Below are positions 29,880 through 41,697 of a DNA stretch of 64,000 bases, piece after piece (positions within the stretch are counted from its first letter, which is position 1; each line of letters begins with the position of its first letter). The DNA is from the human T2T-CHM13v2.0 reference genome, Homo sapiens. The stretch lies in assembly GCF_009914755.1 (NCBI RefSeq), contig NC_060926.1. One strand, given 5' to 3'. Below the pieces are notes generated by a model. The model was given only the letters and a program-made list of their open reading frames with translations, had not been told where the DNA came from and searched no databases. A program made the translations under genes and the position numbers.

Positions 29880-30590
29880 TGTTAGAGTATTTATTAGTTA
29901 TCTAATATATGCAATCCATAAAACCAAACTAATACATTTTTCTAACAAACTTTAAAAGACTAAAAGTATTCAATACAAGTAAACTATCACCGTAGGAATA
30001 TTGAATGAATGTACATCAGGAAGATAAAAATTGATACCAAAGAAAAAGCTGCAATGTCAGAAGAAAATGGGAGTGAACCAAAAAAAAAAAGAAAGAAAAA
30101 GAAATGGCAAACATATGGGTAAATATAAACAAACTCTGACTTTACAAAATTAAAATGACAATTACTAATTTTGTGGATTAAAAACACAATGGAATTAAAA
30201 TAGTGGGCAAGAATAACATTTAAGACACACAAATCAATACTATATAGAACGAATTATCTGAAAAAGCAATTAAATTAAAAAGCAATAATATAAAATAAAC
30301 TCTAAAAACATGGCAAATTCAAAAATATGTTTTCAAATAATTCATGAGTCAAAGGAAATAATGGAAAATTTAAATAAGGAAAATACAGAGAATACTATAT
30401 ATCAAATTTGTGGGAAGTACTGAAGAAGTTCATAGTGGAAAATTTATAATTCTGGATGTTTTCATTGTAAAAGAAGGGCTGAAAATTGATGAGTTAAGAC
30501 TCAAATTCAAGAGGTTTGGCTCGGAACAATAAGCTGAAATCAAATAAGTTTAACAAATTAAAAAGTAAAGTTATGCAATAACAAACATGA
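29880..30590 (+). mobile_element. old L1M ORF2-derived fragments
   Basis: ACACAATGGAATTAAAATAG, TCAAATAATTCATGAGTCAAAG, TATCAAATTTGTGGGA..GGAAAATTTATA resemble L1 ORF2. Confidence 0.55.
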
Positions 30591-30846
30591 AGATGCATGT
30601 AGCCTTTACCTTATTAACTTCCCTCCAAACACATAACAAATAGAATTCCTCACAGGTATTTTCATGCCTTTCTCAAGCTGAACACCCAGCTGAATCTATA
30701 TCCATATCTATACCTATATTCTGTTTAGATGACTTGATCCTATGTGTAGAAAATCCTATAGACTTCACCCAAACCCATTAGATCTAATAAATGAATGCAG
30801 TAAAGTAGAAGATACAAAACCAACATACAAAAATCAGTTGCATCCC

Positions 30847-31142
30847 TTTTCCTTTTTTTTTTTTTTTTTTAAGACAGAGTCTCACTTTGTCACCTAGGCT
30901 GGAATGCAGTGGTACAATCTCAGCTCACTCCAACCTCTGCGTCCGGGGTTCAAGCGATTCTCCTGCCTCAGCCTCCCAACTAGCTGAGATTACAGCTGCC
31001 TGCCATCACGCACGGCTAGTTTTTGTATTTTTAATAGAGACGGGGTTTCGCCATGTTGACCAGGCTGGTCTTCAACTCCTGACCTCAAGTGATCTGCCCA
31101 CCTTGGCCTCCCAAAGTGCTGGGATTACAGGCGTGAGCCACC
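30847..31142 (-). mobile_element. AluSx/Sz, missing about 10 nt at its 5' end
   Basis: antisense Alu; TSD AGTTGCAT at 30836-30843 and 31144-31151. Confidence 0.94.
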
Positions 31143-31338
31143 TAGTTGCATTCCTTACACCCACAATAATCTATCTGAAGAAGAAATCAATAAAACAGTA
31201 CCACATAGAATATCATCAAAAAGAATAAAATACTTATGAATATATTTAACCAAGAAAGTGAAAAATCTGTACACTAAAAACTATGAAATATTAATGAAAA
31301 AATTGAAAGATGAATGGATGAAAATATATTTCATATTT

Positions 31339-32272
31339 CCAGTTCTAGATCCCTGAGGAATCGCCACACTGACTTCCACAATGGTTGAACTAGTTTACAG
31401 TCCCACCAACAGTGTAAAAGTGTTCCTATTTCTTCACATCCTCTCCAGCACCTGTTGTTTCCTGACTTTTTAATGATTGCCATTCTAACTGGTGTGAGAT
31501 GGTATCTCATTGTGGTTTTGATTTGCATTTCTCTGATGGCCAGTGATGGTGAGCATTTTTTCATGTGTTTTTTGGCTGCATAAATGTCTTCTTTTGAGAA
31601 GAGTCTGTTCATGTCCTTTGCCCACTTTTTGATGGGGTTGTTTGTTTTTTTCTTGTAAATTTGTTTGAGTTCTTTGTAGATTCTGGATATTAGCCCTTTG
31701 TCAGATGAGTAGGTTGCAAAACGCAGCCATCCCATTACTGGGTATATACCCAAAGGACTATAAATCTTGCTGCTATAAAGACACATGCACACGTATGTTT
31801 ATTGCGGCATTATTCACAGTAGCAAAGACTTGGAACCAACCCAAATGTCCAACAATGATAGACTGGATTAAGAAAATGTGGCACATATACACCATGGAAT
31901 ACTATGCAGCCATAAAAAATGATGAGTTCATGTCCTTTGTAGGGACATGGATGAAATTGGAAATCATCATTCTCAGTAAACTATCGCAAGAACAAAAAAC
32001 CAAACACCACATATTCTCACTCATAGGTGGGAATTGAACAATGAGATCACATGGACACAGGAAGGAGAATATCACACTCTGGGGACTGTTGTGGGGTGGG
32101 GGGAGGGGAGAGGGATAGCATTGGGAGATATACCTAATGCTAGATGACGAGTTAGTGGGTGCAGTGCACCAGCATGGCACATGTATACATATGTAACTAA
32201 CCTGCACAATGTGCACATGTACCCTAAAACTTAAAGTATAATAATAAAAAATAAATAAATAAATAAATAAAT
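31339..32272 (+). mobile_element. L1PA2-type LINE-1, 5'-truncated with 5' inversion (31339-31721 antisense, 31724-32272 sense)
   Basis: near-consensus ORF2 end; 3'UTR GCTAGATGACGAGTTAGTGGG, CACAATGTGC, TTAAAGTAT; (AAAT)n tail; 18-bp TSD AAAATATATTTCATATTT at 31321-31338 and 32273-32290. Confidence 0.95.
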
Positions 32273-32405
32273 AAAATATATTTCATATTTATGAATTTTA
32301 ATAATTAATATTATTAAAGTGCCTATACTACCCAAATAACACACAGATTCATTGTAATCTCTATCAAAATTTGAACAACATTCAACATTTTTTACAAAAG
32401 TAGAA

Positions 32406-32687
32406 TTTTTTTTTTTTTGGAAATGGAGTTTTGCTCTTGTTGCCCAGGCTGGCATGCAATGGCATGATCTTGACTCACTACAACCTCCACCTCCCAGTTT
32501 CCTGCAATTCTCCTATCTCAGCCTCCTGAGCAGTTGGCGTTATAGGCATGCGCCACTATGCCCAGGTAATTTTTTGTATTTTCAGTAGAGACAGGATTTC
32601 TCCATGTTGGTCAGACAGGTCTCAAACTTCCAACCTCAGGTGATCCACCTGGCTTGGTCTCACAGGCATGAGCCACCACACCCTGCC
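32406..32687 (-). mobile_element. AluSp-like with about 16-nt internal deletion
   Basis: GCTCTTGTTGCC and TTTCTCCATGTTGGTCAG diagnostics; CCAAAGTGCTGGGATT absent. Confidence 0.92.
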
Positions 32688-34364
32688 AGAAAAGAAAATT
32701 TTTAACTGTATGTGGAATTACAAAATAACCGAAGAAATCCTGAGAAAGTAAAACAAAGTTGGAGACCTCCCATTTTCTAATTTCAAATTATATTTAAAAG
32801 CTATATTAACCAACACAGTATGGTACTGAAATAAAAACAAAAACATAGACCTATGGAACAGAGTAGAGAGCCCAGAAATAAACCCAAGAATATATAGTCA
32901 ACTAATTTTTGACAAGCCTACCAAGAAGACACAACGGTGAAATGGCAGTCTCTTCAATAGATGCTATTGGGAAAACTGGAAACTGGATATCCATATGCAA
33001 AAGAATAAAATTAGACCCTTATTTTACACCATACACAAAAATCAACTCAAAGTGGAATAAAGACCTAAGCACAAGACCTGAAATCATAAAACTCCTGGAA
33101 TAAAACATAAGGGAAAATCTCCTTAATTATGATTTTTGGGATATATCACCAAAAGCTCAGGCAGCAAAAATGAAAATAAATAAGTGGAACCACATCAAAC
33201 TAAAAAGCTTCTCCAAAGCAAAGGAAAAAAATTGTAAACAAAAAGGCAGCCTATGGATTGAGAGAAAAATTTTGCAAATGATATATCTGATAAAGGCCTA
33301 ATAACCAAAATATAAAAAGAATTCCCACAACTTCACAGGAAAAAACAACAACCTGATTAAAAAATGAACAAAGGATCCAAATAGACATTTTTCTAAAGAA
33401 GACATAAAAATGACCAACAGATATATGCAAAGGTGCTTAACATCTCTAATCACCAGAAAAATACAAATCAAAACCACAATGAGATACTAGCTCACACCTA
33501 TTCAGATGACGGCCATCAAAAGATGAAAGCTAACAGGTTTTGGAGAGGGTGTAGAGAAAAGGAAGTCCTTTTACACTGTTGGTGGGAACGTAAATCGGTG
33601 CAGCCTTTATGGAAAACAGGATGGAGATATCCCAAAAAACTAAAAATAGAACTCTCACATGGTTCAGCCATTCGTCTTCTGGGTATACACTCAAAGGAAA
33701 TAAAATCAGCACCTCATAAGATATCTGCATCCCCACATTCACTGCAGCATTACTCACAATAGCCAAGATATGGAAACAACCTAAGTGTACATCTATAGGT
33801 GAATAAATAAATCATGGTTTATATATACCATGGAATATTACACAGCCTTAAAAAGTATATCCTCTCATTGCTACAACATTGATGGACCTGGAGGACATTG
33901 TGCTAAGTGAAATAAGCTAGTTATATACAAGAAAGTACTGTGTAATCTCACACATACATGACTTTTTTTAAAAAGTTGAACACAAAAAGTGGAGAATAAA
34001 AATAGTGATTACCAGGTGTGAGGAGGGGGAGAAAATGGGGTGATGTAGGTCATTGTGTACGGACTTGCAGCTATGTGGGATGAATAGGTCTAGAGGTCTG
34101 CTGTGGGGTATGTGAATTATAATTAACAATATTATTATATTGTGTGCTGAAAACTTGCTAAGGGAGTGAGATAATGGATGCATTAATTTGCCTGACAGTA
34201 GTGATCATTTCACTCTCTGCATATGTACCAAAATATCATACTATACACCTTAAACACATACAATAAAGAATGACCTAGAAAGGCAAAGATTATTTTAGAA
34301 ATAAAACAAATAAAATATTTTATATACTTGTAAATGTACAAAAATCTAATTATTATGTTACATT

Positions 34365-34368
34365 GTGT

Positions 34369-34405
<37 letters not shown>

Positions 34406-34413
34406 TGTGTGTG
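34365..34413. repeat. (TG)n microsatellite with TC interruptions
   Basis: direct reading. Confidence 0.95.
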
Positions 34414-34879
34414 ACAGCTTTACTTAGCAGCACTTTAGATATTTTGAGGTCATCAAAGACCAGGAGCATCATTAATAACTTGGCTTCCCGTATCAGTCTT
34501 TGGTAATAAAAGCACATAGTCTGCTCATCAAGGGACATAATATTCCTGGTGGACTCTGAGGGACCCCACACTCTGGCCTCAGATGGGGCATGGTACCCAT
34601 GTGGTTTCCCATTATAGGAGGGGCATGGCCAGAAGAAAGCTTCATGAGGAGGAAATGAGGCTGGATAAAAGAACAACTGTCTGACCCTGAAACTTAATAG
34701 AGACAAAAGGAATGTTCAGCCTTGACTTCAACCTATTAGCTGTCCTATATGCAGAAGCTGGAAGGGATGGTAGATACTCTGCGGGATTTCAAGGTCACAA
34801 CTGGACTTAATAATACCAGTGACCATGGGGTTGTGATGAAACATGAGGGGACAGAGAAAGGGATATTTCAGATCTATAT

Positions 34880-35030
34880 GCTCAAGCTTCAAGACCCTGG
34901 AAAAATTACTTAGTCTGAGCCTCTGTTACCTCTTCTTCCTAAAAGAAAAATGACTTCTTATTTTGAAGGTTTGTTTGGAGACTTGCATGAGATTATCTAT
35001 AAAGTTCTTAGCACAGACACTGGCCCAGAG
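34880..35030 (+). mobile_element. MIR SINE
   Basis: GACCCTGGAAAAATTACTTAGTCTGAGCCTCTGTTACCTC..AAAGTTCTTAGCACAG. Confidence 0.6.
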
Positions 35031-35392
35031 CAATGTCCAATGTACCCTCCCTGAATCTCAGTAAGAACAACTTTATGAATTTAGTTTCTACCTGTACAAC
35101 AGTGAAATCAACTCTTTGAAAGCTGGTAAGATTACTGTTAATAACCAGGCTCAAAATGCCTTTACGTCCAGGCCATTCTTAAAAGACTTTATAACCTTGT
35201 AAAAAAATCATTTAAATGCCTATATTTTATAGCAAGACCACATGGAAAAAATATTCAAACAAGAAAGATCTGTACTCTTCTCATCTCTTAAAATTTACTT
35301 TCTCCTTGGGAATCCCTTACTAACTACTGCTGTCATCAATGAAAAACAAGCTGAATTCAGTAAATAATGCTCTTTTGTTCAGCACTCCAGAC

Positions 35393-35549
35393 CAGGGGTT
35401 CTCACCCTTGGTGCTATTGACATTTGAGGCTGGATAATTATTTGTTGTCCAACCCTCTAGATACCACCCATCCTTCTCTTCTAGACAGGACAAGAAAAAA
35501 TGTTTCTAGACATTACTAATTTCTCCTCTTCCCCAGTTGAGAACCACTG
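35393..35549. mobile_element. MER20-like hAT-Charlie DNA transposon, internally deleted
   Basis: terminal inverted repeats CAGGGGTTCTCA / TGAGAACCACTG (11/12); CTATTGACATTTGAGGCTGGATAATT core. Confidence 0.8.
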
Positions 35550-38500
35550 CTCTAGCTTGGCAGAAACTCATACCTTTTCCCTTAATTCCCATCCAAGACT
35601 AGGTTGAAAATGTGAGATTTTACTAAAGATTTATTTAAAATGATAGAAGTCAAAAAGAGCAATGTGAGATTGAGTTAATACATTTTAAAATGCATACAGT
35701 TGATTCAATCTCATTTTGAGTTATCCTACAAGTTCAGGGAAGGAGTCAATCTCAACCTGCTCCATGGAGTAGAGGTCGTGTGTCCTCCATGCAGAGCACC
35801 CTCATGGACCTCAGACCCACTCCCAAACATCTGAGCAGGAACCAGAATGAGAGAGTGTTTCCTATTCCACTTGTTATCACTTTCAAATTTTCATCTCTTG
35901 ATGAAGAGATTGACTGATCTTTGATGGTCAACATCAGGAACTTCTACCTGCTTCATAGAAATTCCACTTTATTCACCTTTTATTCCAGATTTCAGTGGGA
36001 CAAATACTTGCAGACACAAAGGGATAGGCCAACATTCCTTTAAGAAACACAAAATGCTGCCTAAACAATGACAAGGCAAGGAGGGAGATTGTTTCCCTAG
36101 AGAATCTCAAACCCTATGCTGCTATCTTGGAAAAAAATAATACTGATAATAAAATGTAATTCAATTGAAATTTTAAAAACAATGGCTCATCTTTTTTGTC
36201 TTTCCAAAAGAGAATATAAAGGCATTTGAAGTTATATAGAGCACTGCTGGTATACAAACAAAGTAAATGCATCACGTCAAATGCCTTTTCTTTAATACAA
36301 AACTTTCACTATCTATCTAGAGGAAATAATTTTACCATTACTGTATATGCTAGCAATATGGTTTAGCAATTAAATTATTATAAAATGTCTTGAATCCTGC
36401 TGAGATAGTTAAAGTTCATGGATGTAGCCCTATCACAATATTGATCATTTGGAAATCTCAGTCTCACAAGGCCCTTCATTATTTCTATTCACCACATGGG
36501 AAAGATTATACTAATAAGTGGAGACTGATTTACTTCCTACAGAAAATACAAATTCTGTCTTTTCACTGCAGTTTTTTCTCAAATAGTTAATCATTTTAGA
36601 GACCCTGTTGTACTGTATTGCAAGTTGTATCTTTTAATTTTATTTCTCATATTATGCAGGAAATGGCCATTCTTTAATGAAACAACAAATATGAAAATGT
36701 ATTAATCCTTTTATTGCATTTTAAAAATATAACATATTTAAGTTTGTGATAGCAAACATATTGAAGCCATTAGAAGCTAAATTACCCAAATGCCTTTCAA
36801 ATAAACTGCTCGGAAGACTTTGATCCTGTTAGCTGACTGCTCAATGACAGCAAGACAGCTTACTCTTCTGATTGCTTTGAGGAAGTTTGTGCCATTCCCT
36901 CACATGCTCAGTTGCCTGGGAGCCAGATTGGGAGCAGAAGACAATTAAGAAGCCCAGTAAGAAATACTCAGGCTACTTTATAAACCCAACATTCAGTGAG
37001 ACAAAAAAAAAAAAAAAAAAAGCTTTTGGATGGAGGCTTTAGTTTAGTGTGCTGAATCAGACAACTTCTCTTTATTATTGCCAAATCATTTTATTCCAAA
37101 AAAAACAGTTCAGAAAAACATCGTGAATAACCTTAAAACCTAGATAACATAAATGTTCCTGGGGAAGGCAAGTCTAAGACACTCACTGATCTTCCCTTCC
37201 TGGTGTGCCCTTGCTCCTGCACTCCCTCAGGGTCCTCACGCTGGCTCTAAAATACCCAGGGCCCCCCATACCAATCCCCCAGAAACCTCATCCTAGGCAG
37301 CCCCTGAATCTTTCACTCCATTTCATCTTCCTGCTTCTCATCCCAACCAAAAAACTGTAGTCCTTTTCTTTCTGTCTCTCGGAATCCTCTTAGAATGTCT
37401 AGGACTACTCCAACAAATCATGTCAAACCCAAAGTTAATGACAATACTATATTAATCTGTAGGCTAAATTCACGATGAGGATTGCAAATCCTGAGGCAGG
37501 AGGGTAGAAAGAGATCACACTGAAGGGGCTCCATAAAGGACACCAGGTGGTAAACCTGCACCTGCCTCTGGGTAGCATATGGACATGGACAGTCGGCAAA
37601 GCCCACAACTAAAGCATGCAGCATGCCTGTGAGAGAGCTGTGAATCAACACAGCCTCACACGGCTGTAGTCAGGGCTGCAGTTTATCATTTGTCTGCAAT
37701 ATCATGTCATGAGATGCTCACTAACATTCTACAGAGAGTCAGAACAATGCTCTTCATAATGGAACTCACTTCCAGTGGGCACCGCATCACACGAGGATAT
37801 TCAGTTGCTTGTCTTTTATGAAGCAAATGTAAACTGTGTTGGGGGGGAGTGACAGCAATGCTATAATTCAGCCGTCTGCTGTTTTATCACAGCTCTCAGT
37901 AGCTCTCTAATGAATATTTCTGTATGCATGTTTCTGACTGATAATCAAACTCAGAACAAGTCCTAATTGGGTTTTCCAGTGCATGGAAAAGTGCCTGTAT
38001 TAGCTTTGCAGATGTCCCACTAATGTTAAATTAAAAGTACAAACCTAGAAAGCTAAAAGAAAAAGAAAAAAAAAAGTCTACTTTGATTGGGCCTTAAACA
38101 TATACAGAGAACAGAATTTTATGGACATTCACATCTCCAGACAGCATTTAAATGTGGCCTGTCCAAAAAAGGAAAAGTCAGCAAAATGCCTGGCATGAGG
38201 GCCTCGTATTTGATGACTAGGAAGTTCCTTGCTGGAGCATTTCAACTTGTACATAGAGAGCTGGGAAGTTGAAAGATAATCAGAAATTTGAACGGAAAAA
38301 ATCACTAGTTACATTTAACTGAAATATTGTGTAGCTGCATTAGTTGCTACTTTTTAAATCACTAATATTATCCGTCAACTTCTCACTCTCAGTAGCAGCC
38401 TCTACCTTCCACTACAGGACTTTAAAGGTGTTTAGAAACCCCTTTCTGAAAGGTATTTAGAAAACCTTAAATATTAAGGAAGAGAAAAATAAAAATTATC

Positions 38501-39239
38501 ATCTCACCTTGGCCTTTATTGTGCCTTTTATATAAATTCGTGGTAATACCTATCATGCTTTTAATACATTTGTTTGCCTGCTTATCTTCTGTGGAAGAAA
38601 AGCAGGAAATAGTTTCATTGTCTTTATATTTCATTTTTAACGCATTGTCTGGCCAATAGCACCTCCTCACAAAATGTTTGCTAAAAATTGAGTTAACAAT
38701 TAAATTAAAACATAAATTCACTTTTAGATTTATTAAATTTTATTAAATTTTTTAAAGTCTGATAACATTGATATGTCTGATTTGTTTATTAATATTGTCA
38801 ATTCTCAGCCTAAGAGAATCTTCAATGACATGTTTCATGCTCTTTTTTATGAATGTGGAATTTGAAGTCCAGTGAACATGGAATATTTATGAACAGCCAC
38901 ACAGCATGGAACTAGAATTCCACATTTCTCCCTGACTGCCCAGTGCCTGTGAGGAGGATGAACCACGGGTCTGGTTCATTCTCTAGTTGGCAAGTCCATC
39001 AAAGCTGTAAGATGGGTCTATTATGTGGACATGTCCCAGTATCTGCGAACACCAAGATTGTAAGCTCGTGCTTCCCTTTCTAACTGAGGTCAGTCATAAC
39101 AAGCCTGAAAAGTGTGGGAGGTCAGTATGGCAAACACACATACTCTTATTGTTTACTCAAAAAAAGTATTGAATTTGTTTACTTGGAAGACATTTCATTT
39201 GCTCTCTAAACCTTCCATTAACAAGAATCTTTATTTCAC

Positions 39240-39610
39240 TATCTTAGTCCCTTTTGTGCTGCCACAACAGAATGTCACAGACTAATTAATAAAGAACAGA
39301 AGTCTATTCCTCCTGGCCCTGCAGGCTGGGCAGTGCAAGATCAAGGTGCTGGCACCCGGCAGGGGCCCTGTGCTGCATCGTCTCATGGTGGAGGACAAAT
39401 GGGCAAACAAGCACTCAGTGAGCAAGTGCAGGCAAGAGGCAGCCAAACTCACTTTTATCAGGAATTGACTCCCGCAATAATATTGGTCCAGTGATGAGGC
39501 AGAGCCCTCGAAGCCTCATCTCCTCTTAAGGGTCCCACCTCTCAGCACTGTTGCACTGGAGATTAAGTTCCCCACACATGAACTGTGGCTGACACATTCA
39601 AACCATAGCA
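39240..39610 (-). mobile_element. MSTD/MLT1A-like MaLR solo LTR
   Basis: TCTTAGTCC..TGCTGCCACAACAGAAT start, ACACATTCAAACCATAGCA end; TSD TTCAC/TTCAT. Confidence 0.88.
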
Positions 39611-39950
39611 TTCATCTTTACCCCAAACACTTGAAAAGCAAACACTGCTCAAGCAGACATCCAAGGCTCTCCTGTTCCAACTTCCCTGGTTGCCCTCCAA
39701 TTTTATCCTTAGATATTTGCAGATCTTCAGCCAAACCAGAGGCAGAGACATTGTGTTTGTGGAACTCCTGCCAAGCCTCCTTGTCCTCTGAACCACTGCT
39801 CACATCATGTCTGCTCTGCAAAGCCTCTGACCATGGCCTCAGCCCCCTCTCGAGAGGCTGTGTCCATTCTTTCCCACTAGTGACTCCTCACTCCAAGCAG
39901 GTTTTCTGGAACCTTAAGCTGAGCATAACCTCACTTGCTTCTGAGTATTC

Positions 39951-40045
39951 TTTTTTTTTTTAGATGGAGTCTCGCTCTGTTGCCCAGGCTGGAGTACAGT
40001 GGTGCAATCTCGGCTCACTGCGAGCTCCGCCTCCCGGGTTCATGC
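39951..40045 (-). mobile_element. AluY-like right-arm fragment
   Basis: T tail plus GATGGAGTCTCGCTCTG..GAGCTCCGCCTCCCGGGTTCATGC, then abrupt end. Confidence 0.88.
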
Positions 40046-41226
40046 TGTGGTGGTGGTTTTGAATCACTCTTAGGATATTTTTCCTCTGGGATGCTTGCAT
40101 TTTTTTTTTTAATTTGGGAATTTGTCTTCATCTTTGCCAATAAATTATAAAATCTTTACAGACTGGAAGAGTGTTATATATTTATCTATGCAGGAGTGAT
40201 TATTTGAATTATTTAAAAAATGTTTTTACAAGAACACTGATCCACGTAAGACAGCTCCTGGCCAAACTGACCAAATGATGAGACCACAGAACCGAGTCCT
40301 GCCAGCTGACCCCAAACCTGCCCCTCAGCCTCAGAGGGTCTAGCACAGTATACTTCCACAGCAAATCATAGACTACATACAGGTATTTGTCATCAACTAT
40401 ATACAAGGCAATCTAATGTGGGTTGACATGGCTGCCAAAGATGAAAGATTATGTGGGACTCGCTCTGGTCTTTAACTGTGTCCTGATTTTATATTTTATA
40501 ATTTATATCAGCACATGAGCTGGTGCCTGCTTTTCTATTTAAAAAATACCCCTAATGAAACAATGCCTTCTAATGTGCTTAAGGCCAGTGGAGGACAGGA
40601 AGGTCATGAGAGGATGATAAGCTAATGGAGACACTGTTCAGAAGGCCTGGACCCTGGGTCCACTCTGAGGGACGCTCCCATCATGTGGATGCTTCTTCAT
40701 AGGCAAGGGCAGAGCTCCAAGGAGCACCTCCTCCTCACCTTCTGCACGTAGTGGGGGAGATCGCCGGTACCAACATCCTTGGAGTGGAGCTGAAGACTTT
40801 TTGAAGCTGTTCATGCCAGCTCATGGAGCTCTTCATGCCACACTGGCTGTTCATGCCAAGTGTGAGTCAGGCATTACTTGAGCTGCATCATCCAGGCCAG
40901 AGACATGCGGCTGAGGTGGGTCCAACCTATTCTCATTCAATGTGAAGATGTCAGCTTGCATTGCTCCTCCATGCCCACACACATAGCTAGGCCTCTGTTA
41001 AACACCGCACAAAAAGAGAGTCTAGAACTCTTTTGATAGGAACACATTACTTCACAAATAAACATAGTATTTTTTCTTGAATGGCAGACGAGGAAGGCAA
41101 TAATACGGCAGTAAATAAGACACAGGAGAGTCGTGAGGGCGGTGGCTTGGTGGGAAGGATTCCCTGGACCCCATGCAGTTTGCCTTCCTGCCGAAGCTTG
41201 GAAAGTGACTTAGGTGGCAAGGGCCC

Positions 41227-41697
41227 TATGATGGTCAGCTCTGTGTGTCAATTTGACTGGACCATAGGATGCCCAGATAGCTGGTAAGACATTATTACTG
41301 AGGGTGCCTGTGAGGGTGTTTCTGGAAGAGATTGGTATTTTAATGAGTAAATGGAGTAAAGACCATTGACCTTGCCAATATAAGTAGGCATCATAAAATA
41401 CATCAAGGGCTGGAATAGAATAAAAATGTGTAGAAGAGTAAATGCTCGCCCTGAGCTGGGACATCCATCTTCTCTTGCCCTTGCGCTTCAGTGTTCCTGG
41501 TTCTCAGAACTCTGGGTTTAGACAAGAACTCCACCACTGGCTTTCCTGGCCCTCCGGTTTGCAGATGGCAGATCATGGGACTTCTCAGCCTCCATAAGTG
41601 CACAAGTCCATCCCTTACAATAGATTTCTTTCTCTATAGCTCCATGTATTTGTACATCCTATTGATTTGCTTTTTCTGGAGAGCTCTGACTAATGCA
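41227..41697 (+). mobile_element. MLT2 (ERVL) solo LTR
   Basis: TGATGGTCA..TGTGTCAATTTGACTGG..TGCCCAGATAGCTGG start, CTGGAGAGCTCTGACTAATGCA end. Confidence 0.9.

Larger units (their letters stand above)
30718..34268 (+). mobile_element. L1MA (7-9-like) LINE-1, host of three nested insertions
   Basis: degenerate ORF2 from TCTGTTTAGATGACTTGATC through [25 protein letters not shown] to 3' end ATACACCTTAAACACATACAATAAA; sequence resumes across each insert. Confidence 0.88.

Noticed and set aside
37003-37021. A19 tract as the tail of a processed pseudogene
   Set aside because: No upstream ORF, recognisable RNA or SINE body, and no TSD found.
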